Made by a program: the position numbers and the translations under genes. The notes beneath the pieces were generated by a model, which saw nothing but the letters and a program-made list of their open reading frames with translations, was not told the DNA's origin and did no database searches. This document shows positions 1 to 10,050 of a stretch of 64,000 nucleotides of DNA, piece by piece (the first letter of the stretch is position 1; the number at the start of each line of letters is the position of its first letter). Origin of the DNA: a virus (lineage: Duplodnaviria; Caudoviricetes); IMG/VR virus record IMGVR_UViG_3300032050_000002; one strand, given 5' to 3'.

Positions 1-453
1 GTTTTTAGTGGGTCAAAACCTGAGACAAGTTCATATATAGATTTAAAAGGTAAATATAAATCAAAATATTTAACATTTAGAGATAAATTAAGTAAACCTG
101 AATGGGTTGACCATTTTATAAAAATAACCGAAGTAGAGAATATGGACTTTGAAGATGTAATTAAAAAATACGATAGTCCAACGTCTTATTTTTATACCGA
201 CCCACCGTACTGGAAAACAGAAAATTATTACTCAAATCACGATTTTGATAGAAATGACCACGAAAGACTTGCAAACTCATTAAAAAATACTCAAGGAAAA
301 TTTTCTTTATCTTATTACGATTTCCCAATTTTATCAGAGTGGTTTCCAAAAGACCAATATAGATGGGAAAGTAAGTTATTTGCCAAGGCGGCGGCCGCTA
401 AAAAAGGAAAGTCCCAAAATATGGGAGAAGAATTATTAATTTTGAATTATTAA
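1..453 (+). CDS. Dam/D12-family N6-adenine DNA methyltransferase, 5'-truncated by window edge
   Basis: Frame is open from base 1; YFYTDPPY catalytic motif and C-terminal EELLILNY typical of Dam-like MTases. Confidence 0.85.
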   Translation, partial: VFSGSKPETSSYIDLKGKYKSKYLTFRDKLSKPEWVDHFIKITEVENMDFEDVIKKYDSPTSYFYTDPPYWKTENYYSNHDFDRNDHERLANSLKNTQGKFSLSYYDFPILSEWFPKDQYRWESKLFAKAAAAKKGKSQNMGEELLILNY

Positions 454-472
454 AAATTTTCCGTAATTTTGG

Positions 473-480
473 ATATTTAT
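473..480 (+). promoter_or_regulatory. Phage ATATTTAT promoter-like motif (representative)
   Basis: Same octamer lies a few to about 25 nt upstream of more than 25 ORFs on both strands (e.g. 7254, 11727, 37561, 54299, 63793). Confidence 0.7.
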
Positions 481-497
481 TAGTAAAAACATTTGAT

Positions 498-1880
498 ATG
501 AAAATAACATCTTTATTAGGCAAGTTAATTGTAGAACAGTCAAGATTCCAAGTATTGTATGACAAAGTAGTAAAACCAAAAGACCCAAAAGACCCTAAAT
601 CAAAAGGGTTGATGACTTTTGATATTTTAAAGGCATTAATATTTGCCGACCCAACAACAAAGGCGCCTGAAAACTTCGATGTTGAAGGAGCTTCAATTGA
701 AGATATGGACAAAGTTAAGGCAGGTAAGTTTGTACAATGGATTCTTAAAAATTATTTAACATTTAAACCTTCAGAAGGGGGATTACCTGATGATATTGAT
801 GTTAAAAGTAAAGAATACCAAAACGCTAAGAAAGAGTATCTTAGATTGTTTATGGAAGACTTATTTAAAGTTACGGATGATTTAAAAAAGTTTGAAAGAT
901 TTAAACAATATTTTCCTGAAGATAAGAGAGATATAAATAAATTTACCGTTAAGTCATTATTTGATTTCTTAGAAACATTTGAATTACCTGAGAATGTTAA
1001 AAAGAAATTAGAAAAAAGTCAGACCAAAAAAGAAATTAGAAAGGAAAGAAAAGGTTATAGTCACCCTGGTGCTGAAATAATGTTAGTTGGAGATGAATAC
1101 ACGCTAATTAAAATTGAAGGAACGGGTGAAAAACAAAAAGAGGCCGCTAGTTGGTATGGTGGTTATTATGATTACGATAAAGGAGAATCAAGATGGTGTA
1201 CATCACCTCCTAACTCTTCTCACTTCATGCACTACGCAAGTAAAGGACCTCTTTATGTAATATTAGCAAATGACGATAAAGGTAAAGTTGGTGAGAGAAC
1301 AGGATTACCCCAAGAAAGGTATCAATTCCATTTCCCTGATAGTCAATTCATGGACAGAGCGGATAGACAAATTAATCTTGTTGACTTCTTAAATAACAAG
1401 GCACCTGAATTAAAAGAGATATTTAAACCTGAGTTCGCGAAAGGTTTGGTAACAAAGGGTGGTAATAAAGTACAAATAGATTACCCTAACAGTGCTGCGG
1501 GTAAATTCATTGCACTATACGGTTTTGAAGATTTATTTGAATCTTTACCTGAGACTGTTGAACATATAGTAATTACGGTTACAGGTAGTGATTCGGTTGC
1601 TTTTGATGTACCAGAATCTTTAGGTAGATTTACAAATCTAAGAGCGTTGTTATTACAAAATTGTGTTAAGAGTCTTCCTGAATCAATTGGAAAACTTAAA
1701 AAATTACACATATTAAGTTTACCTGACAACAAACAAATAGAAACTTTACCGGTCTCAATTATAGATATTCCTGACTTAACATTCATTAATTTAAAAGGAA
1801 GTAATCCTAATTTAATTATGCCTCCAGCTTTAGCCGAGAGAGCGGTTGACCAACAAGACCAATTATATTATTTAACATAA
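498..1880 (+). CDS. Phage protein with WCT-motif domain and C-terminal leucine-rich repeats
   Basis: 460 aa; SRWCTS...PLYVIL...YQFHF; LRR-like LPESIGKLKKLHILSLPDNKQIETLP; leader LIVE. Confidence 0.65.
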   Translation: MKITSLLGKLIVEQSRFQVLYDKVVKPKDPKDPKSKGLMTFDILKALIFADPTTKAPENFDVEGASIEDMDKVKAGKFVQWILKNYLTFKPSEGGLPDDIDVKSKEYQNAKKEYLRLFMEDLFKVTDDLKKFERFKQYFPEDKRDINKFTVKSLFDFLETFELPENVKKKLEKSQTKKEIRKERKGYSHPGAEIMLVGDEYTLIKIEGTGEKQKEAASWYGGYYDYDKGESRWCTSPPNSSHFMHYASKGPLYVILANDDKGKVGERTGLPQERYQFHFPDSQFMDRADRQINLVDFLNNKAPELKEIFKPEFAKGLVTKGGNKVQIDYPNSAAGKFIALYGFEDLFESLPETVEHIVITVTGSDSVAFDVPESLGRFTNLRALLLQNCVKSLPESIGKLKKLHILSLPDNKQIETLPVSIIDIPDLTFINLKGSNPNLIMPPALAERAVDQQDQLYYLT

Positions 1881-1898
1881 TTTTATTATCTTTGCCTT

Positions 1899-2189
1899 AT
1901 GAAAAGGATTGAAGTAGATATTTGGGTAAATCAGTTCATCGGATTTTTCGACAAAAACCCCGGTGAACTAACCCAATTAATCGGAAATATTGATAAAGAA
2001 ATATTTTTCGATAAAGTAAGACAAAGATGTTTTAAAAACCTAGACGAAGGGGATGAAGTATCTCTAACCCAAAAACAACTCATCGATATCATTGTTAGTC
2101 TTAATAAAGCTAATACGGTCATTGTAGACGTTGACAAAATGGACTATCTGTTCCAAAAAACAAAATTCGGTGATATTTGTTTAAATTAA
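1899..2189 (+). CDS. Hypothetical protein
   Basis: 96-aa ORF 4 nt downstream of TATCTTTG. Confidence 0.75.
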   Translation: MKRIEVDIWVNQFIGFFDKNPGELTQLIGNIDKEIFFDKVRQRCFKNLDEGDEVSLTQKQLIDIIVSLNKANTVIVDVDKMDYLFQKTKFGDICLN

Positions 2190-2190
2190 A

Positions 2191-2222
2191 TTTGGCAGTC
2201 TCAAAAAAAGTCCTTATCTTTG
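2191..2222 (+). promoter_or_regulatory. Bacteroidota sigma-A type promoter (-33 TTTG / -7 TAnnTTTG)
   Basis: TTTG 2191-94, 20-nt spacer, TATCTTTG 2215-22; same geometry at 17701, 35729, 38699. Confidence 0.8.
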
Positions 2223-2247
2223 TATTATAAATTTAAAACAACAGATT

Positions 2248-2997
2248 ATGACAATTGAACAGTTAAAAGAAACAACACCGGCAGTATTCACAACTCAACC
2301 ATCACCAAAAATGTCAAACAAATATGTATTTGTTCCGACTATTGACATCATTGAAAATTTCAATAGAGAAGGTTGGCAAATCGCAACGGCAAAACAAACG
2401 GGTAAAGGGATTTATGGACTCCACGAAATTAGGTTTAGAAATGGAGAATTACCAAAAGTAGGGGACTCGTTAGTTGAGGCGATTATCCGAAATTCTCATA
2501 ACGGAATGGCAACCTTTCAGGTAAGTGCGGGATTACACCGACTAGTGTGTAGTAATGGTTTAACGGTACCGACATCATTATCAGAATCATTCAATCTAAG
2601 ACACAAAAGTTTTGACTTAGATGAGGTTAAAAGATTAACAGAGAGTTTTGCCGGTAGATTACCAATCATCCAAACCTCAGTAGATAAAATGATGTCAAAA
2701 GAGATGTCAGAAAACGAAAAGATGGATTTTGTTAAACAAGCAACTCAAGTTAGATGGAAAGTTGGAAAACTTCCGGCAACATTAGACCTAAACTCTCTAT
2801 TGATACCTAACAGAGAAGAAGACAAACCAAACACATTATGGAATGTTTTCAATGTGGTACAAGAGAAATTCGTTAGAGGTGGAATTCAATACACATCAAA
2901 CGGTGGTCGTAAAACAGGACTTAAATCCCTTAATAACATTATGAATGTTAATACCGTTAATACTAAACTTTGGGAGATTGCTGAACAATATTGTTAA
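2248..2997 (+). CDS. DUF932/DUF945 family protein
   Basis: RNSHNG...AGLHRLVCSNGL and LWNVFNVVQE motifs. Confidence 0.8.
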   Translation: MTIEQLKETTPAVFTTQPSPKMSNKYVFVPTIDIIENFNREGWQIATAKQTGKGIYGLHEIRFRNGELPKVGDSLVEAIIRNSHNGMATFQVSAGLHRLVCSNGLTVPTSLSESFNLRHKSFDLDEVKRLTESFAGRLPIIQTSVDKMMSKEMSENEKMDFVKQATQVRWKVGKLPATLDLNSLLIPNREEDKPNTLWNVFNVVQEKFVRGGIQYTSNGGRKTGLKSLNNIMNVNTVNTKLWEIAEQYC

Positions 2998-3003
2998 TTT
3001 AAA

Positions 3004-3028
3004 GTGGGGGATTAATCCCCCACATTTT
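3004..3028 (+). terminator. Intrinsic terminator
   Basis: GTGGGGG-ATTAAT-CCCCCAC hairpin followed by a T-run. Confidence 0.7.
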
Positions 3029-3033
3029 TAATT

Positions 3034-4677
3034 ATGGAAACACTTTTTGAATATAGTAAAAGTCATTATAATGTAACATATTACAAGGATAATTGTGTAT
3101 TAAACCCACCCGATAATAAAGATGAGTTATTTGGAGTTAGTCTGTATAGACCCCCATTAAATGACCCAAGATTTCCATTATGGGATTATGATAAAAGTGA
3201 AAAGGGTGAGGAAGTTTATGTTAAAAATTATGGAAATCCTTTATGTTCCCTCAATCTTTATAGAGGAACAATAGTTATTGTCAAAAAGGAAGATAAAATA
3301 ACCATAAAGATATTTGATTATACAAGAACAAGAGGAGTTAATAAACCATATTTCAGAGTATCAACCAATGTCGAATTCTTCACATATAACTTCAAAAGAC
3401 ACATAATGTATGTTGGAGGTATTAAGAACTATCACAAAAAACGTAAATTCACTAAAAAAATTAAAATCACTAATACAGGTGAACATCCTTTAGCCGGTAT
3501 AAAATCAAAAATAAACGCATTAAACCATAGTAGTCTTTATAATGGAGAGTTTACTCACACGGACGCAATCAATTTCTCTGAAAAAGTTTTAGAGATTTTT
3601 ATAAGTAATTTACCTGGTATTGAAAAATATAAAGACATATTTCCTTTAGAACAAAGATTCTATAAATATCATTTGGAGAGTAAGGGCGTTAAGTTACCAA
3701 ATAATTGGACAACATTTATCCATACATATCCACAACCTTTGAAGAAAGTTTATGTAAAAAATGACTATAAGTATATTGATTCAATAATGGAAGTTAATAA
3801 GTTGAGCGGAACTAGAATAAGAAAAATTCTACATACCTTAGACCACTTTGACCCAAATACAATTAAGTCGGCATTTTATTATTATGGTGAAGATTATATA
3901 ATGAATCAGTCAGATGAATTCTTATATAAAATATTTAAAAGTAATATCACTAATTATAATGTTATCAAAGTAAATGAGTATATTACAAATAAACAGGATT
4001 TAAAAAATTCTTTTGAAATCTTTAAATTAGCGGTTAATGGTAATATACACGAACAAACATTTATTGACCATATTAGAATGTACTCATTCTTAAAAAGATT
4101 CGAACCAATTAAATGGGAGGCAAAAACTTATTTAGACTTTTCTGACGAACACATTCATTGGACGGAGTTACAATCTTTTTATACCAACGGAACATATGAA
4201 AGAACATACTCTGACGAGTTTAGTGAAGATAGTCAATCTAAAATTGAAATTAATAATGAGACCTATTATCCTGTTCTACTAAAAAAATCTGATGAATATA
4301 ATAAAGAATCCTTTATACAGAGTAATTGTGTTAAAGGATATATAAGTAGAGCGGCTAGTTTAATCATATCATTAAGAAAAGATGATAACGAATCTAAAGA
4401 AAGAGCTACGATTGAATATAGAATATCAGGTAATGATAAGAATGTAGAACTTAGAAGAGTGCAAACTTTAGGTAGGTTCAACAACCTTCTCCCAAAGGAG
4501 TGGGACGAACCAATAAAAATATTAGATGAAAATTTAAATAAACTTTTAAAAGAAAAAAAGTTTACATTACCAAAATTAAAAGTAACTTATAAGATGGGAG
4601 AAATTGAAACTGAAGGAATTTTTTCTGAAGAAAGTTATAATAAAGAATTAATATGGAAAGACAGGATAAACTTTTAA
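3034..4677 (+). CDS. PcfJ-like domain protein
   Basis: 547 aa; C-terminal ESFIQSNCVKGY...IISLR...RATIEY...VQTLGRFN pattern. Confidence 0.6.
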   Translation: METLFEYSKSHYNVTYYKDNCVLNPPDNKDELFGVSLYRPPLNDPRFPLWDYDKSEKGEEVYVKNYGNPLCSLNLYRGTIVIVKKEDKITIKIFDYTRTRGVNKPYFRVSTNVEFFTYNFKRHIMYVGGIKNYHKKRKFTKKIKITNTGEHPLAGIKSKINALNHSSLYNGEFTHTDAINFSEKVLEIFISNLPGIEKYKDIFPLEQRFYKYHLESKGVKLPNNWTTFIHTYPQPLKKVYVKNDYKYIDSIMEVNKLSGTRIRKILHTLDHFDPNTIKSAFYYYGEDYIMNQSDEFLYKIFKSNITNYNVIKVNEYITNKQDLKNSFEIFKLAVNGNIHEQTFIDHIRMYSFLKRFEPIKWEAKTYLDFSDEHIHWTELQSFYTNGTYERTYSDEFSEDSQSKIEINNETYYPVLLKKSDEYNKESFIQSNCVKGYISRAASLIISLRKDDNESKERATIEYRISGNDKNVELRRVQTLGRFNNLLPKEWDEPIKILDENLNKLLKEKKFTLPKLKVTYKMGEIETEGIFSEESYNKELIWKDRINF

Positions 4678-4982
4678 ATATAATACCTCAGAACTGTATA
4701 GATTCATTTGTAAAGAAATTTACAATGTTTCCTTCGGCAATTAAACTTGAAGGACCATTTAACAAAAAAGTTTTCAAATACTTTGAAAAATTTCATTTGA
4801 TTTGGTTTTATAGTGAACTTATGAATAATGGAGAAATTATCAAAACTTCTAGTTTTTATGAGTATGATTCATCGGGTATAATGGTTTATATATATGGTGA
4901 TGATAGTATATTTATACTTACAACTCCAGACAGAAATAATGCTTCGGAGTTTTTAATAAACAATTTAAAAAGATTAAAATAA
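4653..4982 (+). CDS. Hypothetical protein
   Basis: 109-aa ORF in operon context. Confidence 0.7.
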   Translation: MERQDKLLNIIPQNCIDSFVKKFTMFPSAIKLEGPFNKKVFKYFEKFHLIWFYSELMNNGEIIKTSSFYEYDSSGIMVYIYGDDSIFILTTPDRNNASEFLINNLKRLK

Positions 4983-4983
4983 A

Positions 4984-5307
4984 ATGGAAATTAGTTCAGA
5001 ATTATTAAAAGAAAAAATTCAAAATGGGGATAAAGTAATTGTTGATTTCTACGCGAGCTGGTGTGGTCCGTGTAAAGTAATGAAACCAACATTTGAGATG
5101 GTATCTAAGAAATTAAGAGAAAGTGATTCTCCTGTTGAATTATATACAATGAATGTTGAGAATAACCAAGAATTTGCCGCACAAATGGGAATTAGAGCCG
5201 TACCAACAATTATCTCATTCTCAAATGGAGTTGATGTTAATACGGTAAAAGGTATGCAAACCGAATCTCAAATAAACGATTTGACAAAACAATTATTAAA
5301 TGGATAA
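4984..5307 (+). CDS. trxA: Thioredoxin
   Basis: VDFYASWCGPCK active site and GIRAVPT cis-Pro loop. Confidence 0.93.
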   Translation: MEISSELLKEKIQNGDKVIVDFYASWCGPCKVMKPTFEMVSKKLRESDSPVELYTMNVENNQEFAAQMGIRAVPTIISFSNGVDVNTVKGMQTESQINDLTKQLLNG

Positions 5308-5617
5308 GTTATTACTTGTTTATACAATGAAAGGATGTCCCCATTGTCAAACAATGAAGGATAAACTGAATGAAAACAAGATTGAGTATTACGAAAGAGA
5401 TATTGATGAACATTCAGAGGAATATGACCTTTTTGTTGAGATAACGGAAAACGAGTATGTACCGGCATTTATGATTGTTGAATCTCCAGAAGAAAACCCA
5501 AATAGTTTGTTATTTGCTCCTGATAGGGACTTTACAGATATTGACGATGGTGTAAGAATAATTAAAGAACATTTCAATAATGAGCCTAAACTTCAAAAAA
5601 AACGGAAAAGTAAATGA
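5300..5617 (+). CDS. Glutaredoxin-like protein
   Basis: VYTMKGCPHC and VPAF motifs. Confidence 0.85.
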   Translation: MDKLLLVYTMKGCPHCQTMKDKLNENKIEYYERDIDEHSEEYDLFVEITENEYVPAFMIVESPEENPNSLLFAPDRDFTDIDDGVRIIKEHFNNEPKLQKKRKSK

Positions 5618-6104
5618 ACCAATTAAAAGTTGGTCACTATTAGATGGTAATACTATCGCAATCTATCAGGGTAGTCGTGGAGACAACCCTGAATTAGATT
5701 ATATTATTAAATACAAATCTCCCAACAAGAGATTAAGAGCTCCTTCACACACTCATTGGATATTTGATATTCTTTTAAAGACTGAGTATGCTAAAATGGA
5801 AATGTTGGATTATCTTAATGAGTGGATTGAGATATATGATATCATTGAACCATTTAAAACCAAAGAAGAAAGAGATAATTATAAGCTTTTATATAACGAG
5901 TACTTATGTGAAAAATATTACTCAATGGAGAATCTTGGAGTTTATTCTATTGAATTCCTTTCAGCATTAATTGAACTTTTCGCCAAATGTGAAAAACAAA
6001 CAAAAGGGGCGTTCATGTTTAAAAATTTACTTATTCTTTTAAAAGAATATTGTGAAGATAAGAAAGATTTTTATCAGGTTGTTTCTCACTCAAAAAGAGT
6101 TTAA
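5580..6104 (+). CDS. Hypothetical protein
   Basis: 174-aa ORF overlapping the glutaredoxin 3' end. Confidence 0.65.
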   Translation: MSLNFKKNGKVNEPIKSWSLLDGNTIAIYQGSRGDNPELDYIIKYKSPNKRLRAPSHTHWIFDILLKTEYAKMEMLDYLNEWIEIYDIIEPFKTKEERDNYKLLYNEYLCEKYYSMENLGVYSIEFLSALIELFAKCEKQTKGAFMFKNLLILLKEYCEDKKDFYQVVSHSKRV

Positions 6105-6913
6105 AACAAATTTAAATCCTTTATTTTATCCATTACCAACCAATCGGATTTCTCTAATTGACTATCAATACTTGTATTATAATCAAGTTTTGATAGTTTG
6201 GTTACTATAAAATTGTTTAGATTAAAATCAAATACATCTAATACCAAAGATTTCAAATCTTTATCTGAAAAGATAGAATCACTCTCAATATCAATCATAA
6301 TATCATTTGATTCTTCATTAAAATTTGTTGAGTATTTGAACGAAATCTTATCACATAAACAAACCTTAAACAATTGATTTGTTATATATTCAGAATAATA
6401 TAAATAAGCTCTATTGGTATTTAAACTATAACCATAAGGGAATTCAGAAGTTATAACTCCTGACGAGTATGTTGTAAACTCACTTGTGATTTCATTAAAA
6501 GTTTCAACCTCTACCTTATCCGTGTAATTAATTGACAGGTAATCTTGTTTAATATTTTTTACCAAATCAATTACGTTTCTATTAAAGACTGGTCTATTAG
6601 AATCATAAAAATCAAAATGTTGTTCAGAAGGAATATCAGGTGAAGTATTATATTTTATAATATCTATCGTGTTAATATTTTTAATACCAACGTGTTCAAA
6701 TAACTCTTTATTAATATCATAGAATCTTTTTTGAACATCCGACATATCAACTAAGTTTTGGGATTCTGTTTTACCATTAATAACAAAAAACGCATCAAAT
6801 AATGAAACCTCAATTTTTGTTTTATGATTTTTGTTTTTATTTAGTTCGGATAAGATAAATTCTGCGAATTTATTAACTAAACCTCTCTTTGATTTTGGAT
6901 TTATATATCTCAT
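6101..6913 (-). CDS. Hypothetical protein, possibly a degenerate MetK (SAM synthetase)-like fold
   Basis: N-terminal pattern NKFAEFILSEL...TKIEVSLFDAFFVINGKTES..VD parallels the MetK N-domain; catalytic motifs not seen. Confidence 0.35.
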   Translation of the reverse strand: MRYINPKSKRGLVNKFAEFILSELNKNKNHKTKIEVSLFDAFFVINGKTESQNLVDMSDVQKRFYDINKELFEHVGIKNINTIDIIKYNTSPDIPSEQHFDFYDSNRPVFNRNVIDLVKNIKQDYLSINYTDKVEVETFNEITSEFTTYSSGVITSEFPYGYSLNTNRAYLYYSEYITNQLFKVCLCDKISFKYSTNFNEESNDIMIDIESDSIFSDKDLKSLVLDVFDFNLNNFIVTKLSKLDYNTSIDSQLEKSDWLVMDKIKDLNLF

Positions 6914-6961
6914 ACATAATTGTTAATAAAAATTTATAATATGTTAAATACTAAAATAAAA

Positions 6962-6985
6962 AAAGGGGAAAACTTTTCCCCCCTT
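6962..6985. terminator. Hairpin, probable terminator
   Basis: AAGGGG...CCCCTT inverted repeat with flanking A-run (T-run on the minus strand). Confidence 0.55.
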
Positions 6986-7012
6986 AAATTAGTAGCCAAA
7001 CCCTTTTAAGTA

Positions 7013-7165
7013 TTATTTTTTGTAATACTTCTCAACAACTTTCTTAATCGACTCCTGAATAGTAGGATTAGTTGGCTGTTGTTTAGCGGCAGGTTGAGGT
7101 TGTGATTGACCTGATTGAGTCTGAGTTGGTTGACTAGCACCTTTGTTTTTGCATCCGCAGCTCAT
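7013..7165 (-). CDS. Small 50-aa protein MSCGCKNK...IQESIKKVVEKYYKK (not in ORF track)
   Basis: Translated by hand; ATATTTAT upstream on the minus strand at 7202-7209. Confidence 0.75.
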   Translation of the reverse strand: MSCGCKNKGASQPTQTQSGQSQPQPAAKQQPTNPTIQESIKKVVEKYYKK

Positions 7166-7265
7166 AGTAATTTTTTTTAAATTCCGGTTTATTTTTTATA
7201 AATAAATATCATTAACTTTGTGAATTAGTAAATGTAGATTAAATAATTTTTGTATATTTATAGTT

Positions 7266-8675
7266 ATGATTAATAGAAAACTTCTTTTAGATAAACAGGT
7301 GTTAAATAAATTAAAAACTCTAAATGAATCCGAAGACGATAAGTATTATCGTATGAGTGCTGAGGAGTATCATGATTTACTATTTTTTGCCGGGTATAAC
7401 CCAAGGGTCACAAAACTAAAAAAATTTCAAGGTAAACCACTATGGATTGATGGTGATGTTGATTTACGTAGAACACCAATCAAATCATTAGGTAATGTAG
7501 CGCACATTCAAGGAAATTTAGATATATCAGGAACAAATATTGAAAGTCTGGAAGGTATAACAGTTACAAGACACATTTGGGACTCCAACACTCCTTTAAG
7601 AAGAAAAAAGGATATGCAAGAAATCGCTGACAAAAAAGAACAAATGATGTCCGATAGAGAAAATAAAACAAGAGAAGAAGAAAACCCTGTAATAGATGAT
7701 GAAGATTTAAAAGCGATTGCGTTATTTAAATTTTTGGTTGCTAATGGAGATGTAAATGAACCTGATGATGAAGATAAAGAAACCATAAAAAAGTTAAAAG
7801 CGGAACTTGAAGTTTTACAAAAACAATATGATGAAAGTGAAGATAGTGAAGAATATAATAAACTATATGATAGAATATTTGAAATAGAATCTGAGTTAGA
7901 AGATTTAGAACCTAAATTTGATGTTTATGATATCTTTAAAAAAAGATATTCACATTATGGTATGACCACGTTTGAATTATTAGATTACGATAGTAGAGAT
8001 AAGGAGTATACCGTTGGGACTAGTGAAGAAATGGATGATGCCGCCTATGATTACGCTAAAAGTTATCTTGATGATGTAGGTATTGATGGGTTTAATAACA
8101 GTTTTATAGAGAACTATTTGGATGATAACGCGGTTAGAGAGGTATTTGAAGAACACTATGAAGATTTGGTTAGAGATTCGCCAGATAGTTATTTTGAGCC
8201 CGATGATTATCAGTTAACGGATGAACAAGAATTAAGAATTGAAAAATTACAAGAATATATTGAAGAATTGGAAACTTACATATCCGATAAAGAAGATGAA
8301 CAAAATGATTTAAATGACCAGATAGAAGAACCTGAAGATTATAGAAAAGCGTATGAGGAAATTCAAAAATTAATTGATGAAGCTCAAAGTAAAAAAGACG
8401 ATGCTGAAGAAGAGTTAGACGACATCAAACCAATCCAAGAACCGACAGAAGAAATGATTGAAGATAAGGTACAATCATTAGTTAATGATGATATGGAAAG
8501 TCCGATACGTTCATTAAAAAATCATGGTCTTGAGATTAGAAATTTTATTGATGAGGATAGATTTGCCCAAGGATTAGTTGATAGTGATGGATGGGAGATA
8601 ATGAATGGTTACGATGGGAGATATGATGAAGTTAGGGTTGCGAATGAAGTTTTTTACGTTATGAGAGTTAGTTAA
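7266..8675 (+). CDS. Large acidic coiled-coil protein with short LRR-like N-region
   Basis: 469 aa, very D/E-rich; GDVDLRRTPIKSLGNV..IQGNLDISGTNI; leader LNE; ATATTTAT upstream. Confidence 0.75.
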   Translation: MINRKLLLDKQVLNKLKTLNESEDDKYYRMSAEEYHDLLFFAGYNPRVTKLKKFQGKPLWIDGDVDLRRTPIKSLGNVAHIQGNLDISGTNIESLEGITVTRHIWDSNTPLRRKKDMQEIADKKEQMMSDRENKTREEENPVIDDEDLKAIALFKFLVANGDVNEPDDEDKETIKKLKAELEVLQKQYDESEDSEEYNKLYDRIFEIESELEDLEPKFDVYDIFKKRYSHYGMTTFELLDYDSRDKEYTVGTSEEMDDAAYDYAKSYLDDVGIDGFNNSFIENYLDDNAVREVFEEHYEDLVRDSPDSYFEPDDYQLTDEQELRIEKLQEYIEELETYISDKEDEQNDLNDQIEEPEDYRKAYEEIQKLIDEAQSKKDDAEEELDDIKPIQEPTEEMIEDKVQSLVNDDMESPIRSLKNHGLEIRNFIDEDRFAQGLVDSDGWEIMNGYDGRYDEVRVANEVFYVMRVS

Positions 8676-8709
8676 TTTACTTAACATAATAATCTCATAT
8701 ATTTTTTTT

Positions 8710-9477
8710 ATGAAAAACAAGGATGAATTAAAATTTATTTTGGACACCGATTGGGTCTTTGACGGAACAATTGATTCCGAACATAGAGAATATGTCTTGT
8801 TAAATTACTTTCAAAAATTAAATAAGAAATTAGACGAACTAAAGATATATCCAATGTTCACAGAACTATCATTACACGTTTGTAATATACAAAGTCTAAT
8901 GAATTCAAATAGGATTATCTATACCAATAAGACATTAAAATCTTTTGATGACGAACTAACAATACTTGATTTAAAAACAAAAGACATACCTGAACTATCT
9001 AGTAACGAAAAAGACGAATATAAAAAAATATTAAAGTATAGTCACTCTAAACTTCTTGATTATTTTAATATAACAAAAGCGTTTTGGTCAATGGTTTATG
9101 ATGCAATAGAAATTAAATTAAGAAAAAATAAAAATAGTCTGGATTCTAAAACAGGATATTTTTATTTCCAATCAACAACCAAACTTTATGTTTGGAAATA
9201 TACATTTAAAACCGCAAGTAAAAAATACGGAACTAAAAAGGCAGTACTTAAATTAGTTTTAGAACAAGACAAAGAAGATTTGACAACTAGACAAATTATA
9301 TCTAAATTTTACAAAGAAGATATTGAGAATAAAGAACCTATATTTGAAGTCATATGTAACGATATGTTTCCGATGGAAGAGACTTTAGTACCAATCTTTA
9401 AAAGAAAGGTAGTATCTTATATTAATCAACAAGTTAAAAATTTAGAAAAACCAAGTTTAGTTAAAAATGAGTTTTAA
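8710..9477 (+). CDS. Hypothetical protein (paralog of 48567-48932)
   Basis: W...IDSEHREYVLLNY vs W...FDYEIKQYVLLSY. Confidence 0.75.
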   Translation: MKNKDELKFILDTDWVFDGTIDSEHREYVLLNYFQKLNKKLDELKIYPMFTELSLHVCNIQSLMNSNRIIYTNKTLKSFDDELTILDLKTKDIPELSSNEKDEYKKILKYSHSKLLDYFNITKAFWSMVYDAIEIKLRKNKNSLDSKTGYFYFQSTTKLYVWKYTFKTASKKYGTKKAVLKLVLEQDKEDLTTRQIISKFYKEDIENKEPIFEVICNDMFPMEETLVPIFKRKVVSYINQQVKNLEKPSLVKNEF

Positions 9478-9664
9478 TAAAAGATTCGTAGACAAAGAAA
9501 GGATTCTTGAAATATTAAATGAAAAAGAACCACTTTCAAAATTATTTTCGGCAGATGCTTATATTTTCTTAGACGATATATCATCAAAAGTATTTGACCT
9601 TTATGTTAATGGAACATCAGATAAAGATATTGAAAAAATAATTAAAAATGGACAGAACGGATAA
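9467..9664 (+). CDS. Hypothetical protein
   Basis: Overlap-coupled ORF. Confidence 0.7.
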   Translation: MSFNKRFVDKERILEILNEKEPLSKLFSADAYIFLDDISSKVFDLYVNGTSDKDIEKIIKNGQNG

Positions 9665-9836
9665 AATTAATATTCTTTTGGCTAAATTAAGAAAACCATT
9701 ACCATTAGAATACATCATTCATAATATACTTCATTGTGATAAAAGTGAGGTAATTAGTTTATTAAATGAACTAATTGAAATTGGAACTATAGAAAAAGTT
9801 AAAGACGATTACCAAATAAAAAAATATGGAAAATAA
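9648..9836 (+). CDS. Hypothetical protein, possible winged helix
   Basis: Overlap-coupled 62-aa ORF. Confidence 0.65.
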   Translation: MDRTDKINILLAKLRKPLPLEYIIHNILHCDKSEVISLLNELIEIGTIEKVKDDYQIKKYGK

Positions 9837-10050
9837 AGAACAAGTAAATCACCCTGGTCATTACGGAGGAGAATCAAATCCATATGAAGCCATCAAGGTG
9901 ATAGATAATTGGGGTCTTGGATTCAGTTTGGGCAATACAGTAAAATACATTTCAAGGGCGGGAAAGAAAAACAAAGAGAAAGAACTTGAAGACCTTAAAA
10001 AGGCTTTATGGTATTTACAACATCACATAGAAACATTAGAGAATAAATGA
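9826..10050 (+). CDS. DUF3310 family protein
   Basis: VNHPGHY...EAIKVI...FSLGNTVKYISRAGKK...EDLKKALWYL. Confidence 0.85.
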   Translation: MENKEQVNHPGHYGGESNPYEAIKVIDNWGLGFSLGNTVKYISRAGKKNKEKELEDLKKALWYLQHHIETLENK

